Assembly: GCA_002269645.1 (NCBI GenBank)
Contig: NIVC01002979.1
Location: 1-64,000, forward strand
DNA from: Macrostomum lignano
Taxonomy: Eukaryota
DNA length: 64,000 nucleotides
Direction of reading: 5' to 3'
In this document: positions 11,685-23,334 of the stretch, in pieces
Numbering within the stretch: the first letter of the stretch is position 1
Layout of the letters: each line of letters starts with the position of its first letter
Position numbers and translations under genes: made by a program
Notes under the pieces: generated by a model
The model's input: the letters and a program-made list of their open reading frames with translations, nothing else
Databases searched by the model: none
What the model was told of the DNA's origin: nothing

Positions 11685-12030
11685 TAAATAATAGAGAAAC
11701 GAAGGCCAACACCAACATATAAGAAATTATTATAATAGCCAACGCGTTTCGACACAAGCGGTCATCTTCAGGGCTTGCACTCATGATTCACAGTTCAGTA
11801 TACTTAAATAGAGAAAATCAAAAACTGTACATGGCAATAGACAAATGGGTTCAGTCTGGTCAATAGTTGTACATTAAGAGATGAAACTATAACAAATTAT
11901 TTGGCCATCACACAGAAAACACAACCATAGAGCAAACAAAATTGGGGAGGAGAAAGCCTCAAACCCATAACAAGCCTAGAAAACCTTGAGAGTTCTTTTG
12001 AGAATTCTTTTGAGAGTTTATTTGTTTATC
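11685..12030 (-). mobile_element. Probable Penelope-like element pseudo-LTR remnant
   Basis: Contains the CCTGAAGATG...GTCGAAACGCG signature and hammerhead typical of PLE terminal repeats; no RT or GIY-YIG ORF seen; boundaries approximate. Confidence 0.5.
11737..11775 (-). ncRNA. Minimal type-I hammerhead ribozyme, Penelope-like-element type
   Basis: AGCC-CTGAAGA-T-GAC(cgcttgt)GTC-GAAA-C-GC-G-TT-GGCT: core boxes CUGANGA and GAAA, stem I AGCC/GGCU, stem II GAC/GUC, palindromic stem III AACGCGTT. Confidence 0.75.
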
Positions 12031-12114
12031 ATTTTTGTTACTATGACAATGTGTATTTTTTAGAGTTCGTCTGCAATAAATACTGCATTCAACATAAGTT
12101 TCTTTTTAAGCATA

Positions 12115-12825
12115 CCAATTTCTGTAAGGATGAGAAAATTGCATTTTACTCAGCTTCTACTGAAACGACTTGAGAAATTCTTTTTTTCTGAATATATGCT
12201 GTAATTATACATATTTAAGTGTAATTTCATTGTTCTTCATTGATTAATATGCATACAGTAAGCATCTGATTTGGAAGCCAGGTAACACATTGGAATTCCC
12301 ATAAGGATTGGAAAATTGCATTTTACTTGGCTTCTACTGAAGCAATTTGAGAAATTCTTTTTTTCCTGCATACATGCTGCAATGATACACATTTAAGTGA
12401 AGTTTCATGATACCTAGTTGCTTAATAAGCTTATAGTAAGCGCTTACTTTGGAAGCCGGGTAACACATTAGAATTCCCATAAAGATTGGAAAATCACATT
12501 TTTCTTAGCTTCTACAATACCTATCAAGAATTCTTTTTTCCTGCATACATGCCGCAATGATACACATTTAAGTGAAGTTTCATGATACCTGGTTGCTTAA
12601 TAAGCTTACAGTAAGCGCTTACTTTGGAAGCCAGGTAACACATTAGAATTCCCATAAGGATTGGAAAATTGCATTTTTCTCAGCTTCTATAATACCTATC
12701 AAGAAAAATCTTTTTTTCTTGCATACATGCCGCAATGATGCATATTTAACTGTAAGTTTATATTTCATTGCTTACTTCGTCTACAGGATGCATTTGATTT
12801 GTAATCCGGATTTACATTATGTGGT
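12115..12825. repeat. Diverged tandem repeat, ~177-bp unit, ~4 copies
   Basis: aattcccataaggattggaaaa recurs at about 12117, 12294, 12472 and 12647. Confidence 0.8.
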
Positions 12826-14318
12826 CCAAAGTTTTTGACTGAAATTTTTAAAGCTTGAATATGGGCCTATTTATGAAAAAAATACCATACAAGTCAATAC
12901 TTAAATCAAAGAAGACATCTTAAAGATTATTTTGCAACAAGAAATAGGTGGTATACTTACTTTGGAAGAAAAAGGTTTGCTGGCAAAGTTTGCACTTTGA
13001 GTTAGTATCGAGTTTTTGAGAGTTTAGGTGGTTTTAGAAAAAGTTCAAAATCTTTTGAACTGCTTGTTCTTTTTAAAAAAAAAAAAGTAAAACATAGAAT
13101 TATTTCTCCTTTGTAAGCAAAAGCAAAAATTAGCCTTAATTTGAGGCTGAAAAGTCCTATAATTAATTGTTTATTTGCAAAAAAAGTGAAAAAAATTGCA
13201 AAGGTGTCAACACACACTTTAAAAAATGCTTTTTTAGTGGTTTTACTCGTTTATTCAAATACAAAATGAAAGTTTGTATCCTGAACTTTTTTAAAGACTT
13301 ACCTGTCTTCTAAAATGCTTTTTCCGATACATTACCTTCCATTCAAAGTCCGCAGATTTGTTTTACCACTTTATCCCACGTTTTTGGATTTCGCCCTTTG
13401 ATTGTTCAAATTGGCTTTGATTGTCACACTTTCAAAAGGACTGACTTAAAAAAACTCATAATAATTCACAATTGCAAAAAAAATGCAATAGCCAAAAACA
13501 CAATTCAATTGTTATAGTAGCAATTTAGATCATATTTTATTATACATTAAAACTAAAAATTAGCATTAAAAAAGAAAATAAAGATACAAGTATGACTATA
13601 TCTTTAAATTATATGATCCTTTTTTGGCCAAAATGCCTATACTATATAGCCAAACAGGTTTATGAGTGAAACAGACTATGGGCAGAATGGTCTAGAGGCA
13701 AAATGTCCATAGCCAAAATGGTTTGGGGGTCAAACAACTGGTATTTGTCTAATAGTATCATTACAAAATTGATGATTTGAAACTTTACATAGCCTATAAG
13801 TAATGTATTTGGTTTTTTAGAGTACCTATAAACTGTCAATCTATAGATCAGTGCCTGTGCTTATTGGTGCCTAGCATTTTGGTACTCCAGTTTGCTTTTT
13901 TGTATCTAGATTATAAATTAGAATTGATATAAAATATAGAAAGTGAGCCCCTATAGTTTGGATTCTATAATAGTATATACTAGGTCTAGTAAGAGAAAAA
14001 TTATAGAAACTCATTTGTATACTAGGACTAAAAAATATCATTGATAGTGTTTCTATTATATTATGTCATATACACCAAGATATATACCAATATATACTGA
14101 AAAATAGCAAGTACCCTTGTTGTACATTAAGAAATCCTATTATATATATCACTTCCAAAAGTGTTATAAACTAGGACACAGAAAAGCAATCTAGGATACC
14201 AAAATACTAGGCATTGAAAATCATAGGCATGGAAACCTCTATTGCATTTACAACTATTATAACAATGAATGAATTGCATAATCCAAAGAAATTATATGAT
14301 CTAGAACATGCTTAGGGA

Positions 14319-14467
14319 CAACCTAGGGATTCACCCAGCTGTTTCTATTGGCAACACACACATGTAAGTTGCTATTGGATAGAATAGTAGTCACGTGACT
14401 ACTCTCAGCCAATAGTGACTTACATATGTGTGTTGCCAATAGAAATAGCCAAGTGATTCCCAAGGTT
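14319..14467. mobile_element. Fold-back palindromic MITE-like element
   Basis: tttctattggcaacacaca...gtagtcacgtgactac...tgtgtgttgccaatagaaa; near-complete self-complementarity around a central CACGTG. Confidence 0.7.
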
Positions 14468-15457
14468 GCATATGTATGATCTAGAACTAGTTAACAATGT
14501 TGTAACTCCTTATTATTGCTAACAATTTTATAATCATAAAATGCTACCTCTGCAAATAAGCAATATTAATATATGATTGTATGTTTAGGCCAACTAGCCA
14601 TGTACTTTCAGCAGCAAAATATTGTCATGATTAGTTTGTAGACAACTATGTATAGGTACAAAAGGCACTACAAAAGTTTTTAGCTATATCTGAACAGAAG
14701 CAGCTATGAAGCTAAAATTTTCATAGCTTCTTAAAGTATTTTACACTAGCTTAGATGTAGCACCTCATCCTTTTAAACCCAATGACAAAGCAGTGGTTCC
14801 ACTTGGAGCAATCTTTTCGAATATATCAATAGCTTCTTCTATAGTCAAAAGTCACATAATGCTAGATTAGGCAAGTATGGCAAGTGACTAGTCAGCTATA
14901 GTCCCAGAGTCTGCAGAAACTGCCATGTTGCCTGAGCTATATAAGAGCTCCATATTGTCTTAATGTAGTGTCAAGCCTTAGGCATCTAACTTTGGATGTA
15001 TTTTGCTTAGGCTATGAATGACCTATACCAAACAGACACTACATGTAGTATACTAGACCATAGTCACTATGCGTTAGTTTAGCAGCTGCACAATTGCCAT
15101 ATGACCTGAGCAACAGAAAAAAGGTGCAACCATTTGCTTGCTAATACTCCTGCCTTGCACAACCTTTGTTGGTTGCACCTTGTTTAGAAATGTCCACACC
15201 TGTGACTGGCATTTACACTTTGGCTTGTAGCAATATACCCAAGTCTTGTCAGATGTCACAATGTTGGTAACTGCCTTTGATGCTCTATTGCTATATTTTT
15301 GTAGCATCTGATGGTACCAATTGACCTTGGCCTATTTCATGCCCTAGCAGATAGGCACCTAATGACTGGTCAGCTTGCACAAGCTGATGTGGTCATGAAG
15401 GATTTTGGCAATTGCGGCAAATTGATGCCTAGGGATGCCTCAATCTCCTTGTAGGTT

Positions 15458-15777
15458 TTATTTTATTAGAGGCAGGGGGGTTGTGTGTACCTAGGCACAT
15501 AGGCACACAACCGGTGAGAGGCATTACTACCCATTCTGCCGACTCCCCTGAGCAGGCACACACTCACACAGGAGTGTACAGCGGCCCTAACTTTATATTA
15601 TCGTTAGGCATATACACTTCACTGCGCCTTGGGGGTTGGCTCTCAAGGCCATTAATTGCTCAAGCAGAACCAAGCCGAGATTCCAATTCAGCCCCAAATT
15701 AATGTGACTGCACTTGGAATCGAGCCTGGGTTGCTGGCACACCAAAGCCTGCGCTAGACCACTGGGCTATGGCCCCT
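15458..15777 (-). mobile_element. Full-length tRNA-derived SINE (family A) with 14-bp TSD
   Basis: Head GGGGCCATAGCCCAGTGG (A box) ... GGCTCGATTCC (B box); AATAA tail; TSD tctccttgtaggtt at 15444-15457 and 15778-15791. Confidence 0.85.
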
Positions 15778-16533
15778 TCTCCTTGTAGGTTATCCACCTG
15801 TCAGTTTCTACTAGCTGGTGGATACAAGCCACTGTTTTAGTATTGTGACAATTGAAGGTTGGCTTGTATGCTCCTTATCTTCCAACAAGTCTTGGCCATG
15901 ACAAAACTTGTAGAGCCAGTTGTTGACAGTTGCAAGCAAGAAAGCAGCTTCTGCAAAAGCTGCTGATAGCCTATTGTAGCATTGGTGGCAATCAAGGCTG
16001 CTGCGATAATAATAAAAGATCATGGCACAAAAGTGCTCCCAATTCAGTTCTATGAGCTCCACTGGAAAATTGGCAGAGGTGCTTAAGTTATCTGGCTCTA
16101 GTGACTGAATGCTGCAAGATATTTATTTGAAATTTTATCTTTCATAGTCACATATATTGTTCTGTAAGCCTGTCAAAATTTAAGCTAATATGACAAATAG
16201 CAGAGGTATAGCTAAAAACTTTGAAGTGTCCCTTGTAGCATAAGAATAATCATAGACTAGTGATAAGTAGGGATTGATCATGATCATGGTCATAATCACA
16301 AAAATTATGATCACAAGGAAAAAAAAATCATGTAGTCTTTTGCCAATCATGATTCATGAATTTCATGAATTAAACCTTACTTTTAACAATAAAATAAGTA
16401 TTAGAAATTGTTACATAAATCCAGTTGATTTCCTTTATTACATTGACTAAGGTAGAAAGTTATTGTGAAAATGAAAAGCTAACCAAAATTGCAACAAATC
16501 AGTGCAACACAAAGAAATATGGTCAAACACTAA

Positions 16534-16827
16534 CATACATGCACAACCTCCAAAATTCGGTCGGCCGTGCGACTTAGTTTTTAACAAAATGCGACATTGT
16601 TTTTGGCCAAAAATGCGACTTACATGTGAAAAAACCGTAAAGCAAATTTAACGCAACCTCGGGTAAACGGCAGGAGTAACTATAACTGTCTTATTAAGCC
16701 AAAATGCCTCGTCAGCTACTTAGTACTACTTAGGAATTTTTTGGGTGGGCATTTTTGCGACTTCCTTGGTTGGCCGCCAAATCAGTCAGCCGGATCGGCC
16801 GACTCGGCCGACTGTTGCGCATGTATG
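16534..16827 (+). mobile_element. hAT-type MITE copy 2 carrying a 28S rRNA fragment (16660-16724)
   Basis: TIR catacatgc(a/g)caac; perfect 8-bp TSD aacactaa; cgggtaaacggcaggagtaactataactgtcttattaagccaaaatgcctcgtcagctacttagt; subterminal gcgactta repeats. Confidence 0.9.
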
Positions 16828-17632
16828 AACACTAAACATGATAAAACAAATCATACAGAAAAAATCATAGTCAATCTCTAGTGATAAGAATTCAATTAAT
16901 TGCCAAATCATCTGGCTATTAACCACTATCTCAACTTTGTAGACCCAAACAACCTTTAGGGTCACTCCAATTGCTTTGAAAAGACATTGGCAGATGCCAA
17001 AGCAAAGTTTTTTTAAGACATGGAAAGTACCTTCAGGCCACTGTTTGATAGCCATTTGGAGGAGTTTGTCTAGTGGTGCCTGTTTCCATGGAAGGCATAT
17101 AGCAACCTAATTGTTCTAGTTGACCTATTATTACCCTGTTTAGTTGCCAATGTCACTATAGACTATGGATATAGACCTACCATTAATTGTTAATCTTTCA
17201 CTATTTTGTAATTTGTTTCTCCCAAATTCTGTAAGATTATGATATTTATTTATAAAGTTTGTCACTATGTTCTATATATTTGTATTTGAAGCCTAAATTA
17301 AGCCTAGCTCAAATCCCAAAAGTATAAAAAATAATATTTTAGTATAAAAATATAAATAGTAATACAAAAGTTTTTTTGCTAAGTGTATATTGATCTTATA
17401 TTGTGTATTGATATATTGATAATATAATTATCTATAGAATTATATAGCATTGCCTAATTCAGTAGGTAAATATCTCATTTTCGAAACTCTATTCTTTAAA
17501 TTAAGATGAAGACTTCTTGAAATAAGTTTTGTGTACTAATACTAGCTGGCTAGTGTGGACTTTCTATATTCTTGGACTTTGTCTCAAACTTGACTAATAA
17601 TTAGTTTGTAAATTTGACATTAAACTGTCAAG

Positions 17633-17819
17633 GCTCATGGGATTTTGGCGGCACCACATTGATAACATCCGAGTATGTTCGACTGACCTCGGATACAGCG
17701 TCTCAGTCTGGCTCGGTCTGGTGCACCACCCCAGTTACTATGCGCAATTGGGAGGCTCATCTGCACTTTCGAGTACACGGATCTGCTAGCAATCTGTTTG
17801 GCGACGGCTTTGCATTCTG
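17633..17819 (+). CDS. LMAN2: L-type lectin exon 2
   Basis: GSWDFGGTTLITSEYVRLT...NWEAHLHFRVHG...LFGDGFAFW; phase 1 in, phase 2 out. Confidence 0.9.
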
Positions 17820-17873
17820 GTAGAATTTCATTTGATTTTTGTAGCTTTTAGTCTATTAGGTGCATTGATTAAA

Positions 17874-18170
17874 CCCGTTGAAAACGTTACCAGGACAAGA
17901 ATTGCTAAGTAGTCATTGTAAACAAATCAGTAGTGACTCTAGCAACACTGGGGCGACTCTTGTGACTTTTTAACGACTCAAAACTGTTAATGTGACGGAA
18001 GAGGCGACTGCTGAGTCACGAACGCATCACGTGAGTTGCAGAAGTGTACTCCCGAAAAAGTCGCGAAAAAAGTCGTCTAAGAGTATATAAATGCGTAATG
18101 CAATTCTTATTGATGAAGTGATGCGCGTGACTCTGGAACGATTCTTGGCCTAGGTACCGTTTTCATCGGA
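17874..18170. mobile_element. Degenerate MITE in lectin intron 2
   Basis: ccgttgaaaacgttaccaggacaagaat is an imperfect inverted match to attcttggcctaggtaccgttttcatcgg. Confidence 0.5.
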
Positions 18171-18344
18171 AAGGTTATTCTAATTGAAAAAGATAAACAT
18201 ATTGTCTATCAAATTTGTCAATACACAAAATTTTTATATCTTCAAAAACTCACACTCGTTCTCGTATAAGCTATCGTATAGGCTCTTCCATAACTCAGAA
18301 ACCAAAGTATTAATTCAAGATCCGTTCGACCATAAAAATCGCCC

Positions 18345-19225
18345 CGACCCGCCATGAGAATCTCCCCCAACCCACCACAAGAATCGCTCCCAACCCACCA
18401 CAAGAATCGCCCCGACCCGCCATGAGAATCGCCCCCAACCCACCATAAGAATCGCCTCCAACCCATTATGAGAATCGCCCCCAACCCATTATGAGAATCG
18501 CCCCCAACCCATTATGAGAATCGCCCTCAACCCACCATGAGGATCGCCCCCAACCCACCATGAGATCGCCCCCAACCCACCATGAGAATCGCCCCCAACC
18601 CACCATGAGATCGCCCCCAACCCACCATGAGAATCGCCCCCAACCCACCATAAGAATCGCCCCCAACCCATTATGAGAATCGCCCCCGACCCATTGGAAT
18701 CGCCCCAACCCATTATGAGAATCGCCCCCAACCCACCATGAGAATCGCCCCCAACCCACCACAAGAATCGCCCCGACCCACCATGAGAATTGCCCCCAAC
18801 ACACCATGAGAATCACCCAAACCCACCATAAAAATCGCCCCAACCCATTATGAGAATAGCCCCCAACCCACCATGAGAATCGCCCCCAACCCACCATGAG
18901 AATCGCCCCCAACCCACCATAAGAATCGCCCCCAACCCACCATGAGAATCGCCCCCAACCCACCATGAGAATCGCCCCCAACCCACCATGAGAATCGCCC
19001 CCAACCCACCATGAGAATCGCCCCCAACCCACCATGAGAATCGCCCCCAACCCACCATAAGAATCGCCCCCAACCCACCATGAGAATCGCCCCCAACCCA
19101 CCATAAGAATCGCCCCCAACCCACCATAAGAATCGCCCCCAACCCACCATGAGAATCGCCCCCAACCCACCATAAGAATCGCCCCAACCTATTATGAGAA
19201 TAGCCCCCAACCCACCATGAAAATC
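18345..19225. repeat. 23-bp C-rich minisatellite (gagaatcgcccccaacccaccat)
   Basis: Direct tandem array with indel variants; the overlapping Gly/Trp-rich ORFs are artefacts. Confidence 0.95.
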
Positions 19226-19251
19226 GCTCAAAAACCGCTGTCATTCCGCAG

Positions 19252-19549
19252 GTACGTGGACCCCAGCAACCGGTTCGCGGGCCCAGTATTCGGCAACCAG
19301 GACCAGTTCCGCGGCCTAGGCGTATTCTTTGACACCTACAGCAATCACAACGGGCCGCATAGCCACGATCATCCCTACATATCGGCTATGGTTAGCAACG
19401 GTAGCCATAGTTACGATCACGACCGCGACGGCACCCATTCGCAGTTGGCGGGTTGCACGGCAAAGTTTCGCAATCGGGATCACGACACTTTGGCCGCTAT
19501 TAGCTACGTTGACAATGTGCTGACCGTGTCTACCGATATTGACAATAAG
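19252..19549 (+). CDS. LMAN2: L-type lectin exon 3 (carbohydrate/Ca2+-binding core)
   Basis: GPVFGNQDQFRGLGVFFDTYSN...PYISAMVSNGSHSYDHDRDGTHSQLAGCTAKFRNRDHDT; ccgcag acceptor, gtttgt donor. Confidence 0.95.
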
Positions 19550-19649
19550 GTTTGTGCTAGCAATCCTCCCGTTAAGGAGCCAGCAAAGAATGGAATAAAA
19601 TGTTGAATAAACTGCATCTTAAACTTCTGACCTCTAAGCCGTGACAACA

Positions 19650-19930
19650 CAGCAATCCCCCCTCAACATTGACATCTCAGCAATTCCCTATAGGCCTTGA
19701 CTTCTCAGCAATTCCCCCCATAGGCCTTGACTTCTCAGCAATTCCCCCCATAGGCCTTGACTTCTCAGCAATTCCCCCCATAGGCCTTGACTTCTCAGCA
19801 ATTCCCCCCATAGGCCTTGACTTCTCAGCAATTCCCCCATAGGCCTTGACATCTCAGCAATCCCCCCCGTAGGCCTTCACATCTCAGCAATTCCCCCGTA
19901 GGCCTTGACATCTCAGAAAATACCCCAGTA
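19650..19930. repeat. 29-30 bp minisatellite (taggccttgacttctcagcaattcccccca)
   Basis: About 9 tandem copies; related reverse-complement array at 54175-54335. Confidence 0.9.
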
Positions 19931-20293
19931 AGCCTTGCCTTGGTTTGTTCTTAATAGTAGTGTGTATAGTTTTAATAACAAAATTAATTACCTTTCATTA
20001 GAAATGTTGACCTATAGTCCTATTCTAACAATTAATAGTGCATTTTCATAGGCAAACAGTATTGTCTTGCAATTTGTAAGGCTTTAGAATCGCTAGTCTA
20101 CGTATACTTAAAGATAGTGCACTGTAATATTGTTTGTAAATTCGTCAAAACTCTGTAAATTATATCGTTTTTTGTTTGGAATTAATTTTAATTCGTTATT
20201 AAAATGCTTAGTAAGTAAAGTAACATACCTGTCTACTAACTAAGTAGTATTGAGTAGCAAATGCGTGCCCAATTTTCGTGTTTTTTCCAACAG

Positions 20294-20434
20294 GGAATGT
20301 GGCAGCGCTGTCTTCGAGTAACCAACGTTCGCCTGCCAACTCATTTCATTTTTGGGGCCAGCGCTATGACTGGCGATTTGTCTGATAATCACGATCTGCT
20401 CTCCATCAAAATCTACGAGGTTGACTATCCTAAG
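20294..20434 (+). CDS. LMAN2: L-type lectin exon 4
   Basis: GMWQRCLRVTNVRLPTHFIFGASAMTGDLSDNHDLLSIK; ccaacag acceptor, gtgagc donor. Confidence 0.95.
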
Positions 20435-20616
20435 GTGAGCATTTTGGGGCGTTTTTTTGCCGAATTTCTTTGTATAGATATTTATTCAGATCCCGTCTCC
20501 TTTTGCCTTCTGGAAAACTCTATTATAAGATTATTCTCCCTTCTGCTCAGAATCTCTCTAAAAGGATTTCCCTCAGCATGTCTACTATTATTATTACTCT
20601 TATACACTTTTGACAG

Positions 20617-20695
20617 AGATCCTCAGACATACGGGACCTGACCACCGACTACAGGAATATTGAGCCATCAGCAGAGGCCTCGGAGCCCGAGAGAG
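20617..20695 (+). CDS. LMAN2: L-type lectin exon 5 (stalk)
   Basis: RSSDIRDLTTDYRNIEPSAEASEPER (human DWTKIEPS); phases 0 and 1 are compatible with neighbours. Confidence 0.8.
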
Positions 20696-20816
20696 GTCGG
20701 TGAAACACTTTGCTTTCGAATTGTGTACTCGACTTGCTCATGCCCCTAAACACCCATTGAAAGGCATATATATATATACGTTATGTCTTAAGACACCCCT
20801 TAGGACGCCTTCTTAT

Positions 20817-21045
20817 GTGTCAGCGGCCCAGGCTCGATTCCCAGTGCAGTCACTTTGATTTGGGGGCTGAATTAGAATCTCGGCTTGGCTCTGCTCGTGC
20901 AATTAGCGCCATTGAAGGCCAACCCCCAAGGCACAGTGAAGTGTAAATGCCTAACGATAATAAAGTTAGGACCGCTGTACACCTATGTGAGTGTGTGCCT
21001 GTGCATATGACTGCGTACGTATCGCCGGTTGTGTGAATGTCGCTC
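20817..21045 (+). mobile_element. SINE family A, 5'-truncated copy
   Basis: cccaggctcgattcccagtgcagtcac...aatctcggcttgg...aaggcacagtgaagtg matches 15458-15777. Confidence 0.85.
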
Positions 21046-21127
21046 AAGAAGAAGAATCCCATACAGCTGAAACGCACAAAGACATCAGACCTTTGATTTT
21101 CAAATTCCGCACCTCACTGACCCTCAG

Positions 21128-21276
21128 AGCACGTGGACCAACCGGTGCCCAGTCGGTGGACCGGGTTTCGCATCTTCCTGCTCATCCTGTTCTCTCTCAT
21201 TGCCATTGCCGCAGTCATTGTTGGCCTTTATTTTTACTACACTAAGCAAGAAGAGAACAGGAAGCGTTTCTACTAA
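21128..21276 (+). CDS. LMAN2: L-type lectin exon 6 (TM helix and RKRFY tail, stop)
   Basis: WTGFRIFLLILFSLIAIAAVIVGLYFYY-TKQEENRKRFY*; the six exons sum to 1071 nt (356 aa plus stop). The RKRFY tail is VIPL(LMAN2L)-like. Confidence 0.95.
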
Positions 21277-21914
21277 TAACAGACAGTTTATTGAAGTGCC
21301 CGGAAGTCTAACCGTTTTCTATTTTATCTAGCTGGTGTCTAACTTTAACCTCGGTGTGTTTATCCGTGTTTTTGCTTAGCCTAACTTAACTTTATTGTAC
21401 TCTAACAAAAATTATATAAATCAAATTGCCCTGTCCCAATTGTGCTACTGAGTTCTCACATTATTAGTAGGCTAATGCGGACGCGAATTTACGAATTTGT
21501 ATTGTTTTTTTTATTTGAAACGCCGCCACTTTTCTGCCCCTTTCTTTGTCTCGCTGTCCGCTTGTAGTTTTTTCAGATAATTTCCATTCTGTTCTTTGCT
21601 CTGTATTTTAATAGTAGGTCTTCTGGCTTTTATTATTATTTTTGCTGCAAATCATGAGCAAAAGTTGTTGAATTTGTCAACACTAAAGTTTGATTACAAC
21701 TTGAGTAATATTGTTATACGAGTACATGAAAACTAACACAGTTTATTGTACAAATTGATGCTATAACTTCACTAAAACTATTTATATACAATACACAAAC
21801 TTGAGTAGCTAATGAAAATGTTCATACATTTGTCAAAAAATACGTTTTGTTTCATTTTATCAAACCGCTGGGAGATCGAAGTCATTCCTATTAATTCTAC
21901 GTTATTTGACAGTT

Positions 21915-22515
21915 AAGCGCCTCAATGTATTTTAGACATGGCGCCTCAATGTCTTTTAGACATGACGCCTCTCAATGTCTTTTAGACATGGCGCCTCTCA
22001 ATGTCTTTTAGACATGGCGCCTCAATGTCTTTTAGACATGGCGCCTCAATGTCTTTTAGACATGGCGCCTCAATGTCTTTTAGACATGGCGCCTCTCAAT
22101 GTCTTTTAGACACGGCGTCTCAATGTCTTTTACACATGGCGCCTCAATGTCTTTTAGACATGGCGCCTCAATATCTTTTAGACATGGCGCCTCTCAATAT
22201 CTAGTAGACAGGGCGCCTCTCAATATCTAGTAGACAGGGCGCCTCTCAATTTCTATTAGACATGGCGCCTCTCAATGTCTTTTAGGCATGGCGCCTCAAT
22301 GTCTTTTAGACATGGCGCCTCTCAATATCTAGTAGACAGGGCGCCTCTCAATTTCTATTAGACATGGCGCCTCTCAATATCTAGTAGGCAGGGCGCCTCT
22401 CAATTTCTATTAGACATGGCGCCTCTCAATATCTAGTAGACAGGGCGGCTCTCAATTTCTGGTAGACAGGGCGCCTCTCAATTTCTATTAGACATGGCGC
22501 CTCTCAATGTCTTTT
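21915..22515. repeat. 24-26 bp minisatellite (ttagacatggcgcct(ct)caatgtctt)
   Basis: More than 20 tandem copies with variants. Confidence 0.95.
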
Positions 22516-23334
22516 GAAGGCCGGCAGACACGGCTCGCTTATATTGGTCTTAAATTTGTCTGTATAAGAGTATCGGGCTCTCTTAAATCTTAGTTAATAT
22601 ATAACCGAATTCCTCTTCAACTTGAGACTTTGCAATTAAATTTCTTTAGTTGGCGCAACTGCTCCCCTGTGCCAACTGGCAGAGACTAGCAGTGAAATAA
22701 AGCCTGCCTGCACCGCCCCCTGCCTTCGTGACTGCATGGTATATTCAATTTTTTTGCTTTAATTTCCTTTCGTTTGGCCCGCTTCTGGGCCAGTTGAGGT
22801 GGGAGAAATATTAGGAGGAATGGGGAGAATTCTCCCTGCTCTGGCAATGCAGTTTGCTTTCCATCGGATGGAAGAAGTCAATTTTTTATTCCGGATTGGC
22901 AGTCCTAGATTTATAGCTTTTAATACTAAGCCTTGGTGGAGTGCCTGCTTACCATTGAGCTGGCTTGAACTATGCAGCTGAGACTTATTGATTGGGCTTT
23001 AAGTAATTGGAATTTTTTTACCTTAAGCTCTGGAGAATCTTTAATTCCTTTTCCACTTTTATAGGATCAATGTCCTCCCAGTGGTATCGATTTTCACCTC
23101 TGAGGCTCAGATGGGCGAGCTTTTATTGTTTACTTGGCCTTTTTTGCGCTCGCGCAGTTTTAAGCTGTGAATTTGTTCTTAAAAACATTTTCGTCTTGCT
23201 CCAACACAAAAACATTGAAATTATGTGAGGCTGTACGACTACGAGATAAAATCCCAGCAAACTTTACTCGCGGTACAAAGCAATCATAATTTTGGATACT
23301 AGAATTTGTGCCGTGTTCTATACAGCAAACCTTG

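Noticed and set aside
18242-19244. Gly/Trp-rich membrane-like ORFs
   Set aside because: They lie antisense in a 23-bp array inside a well-supported lectin intron.
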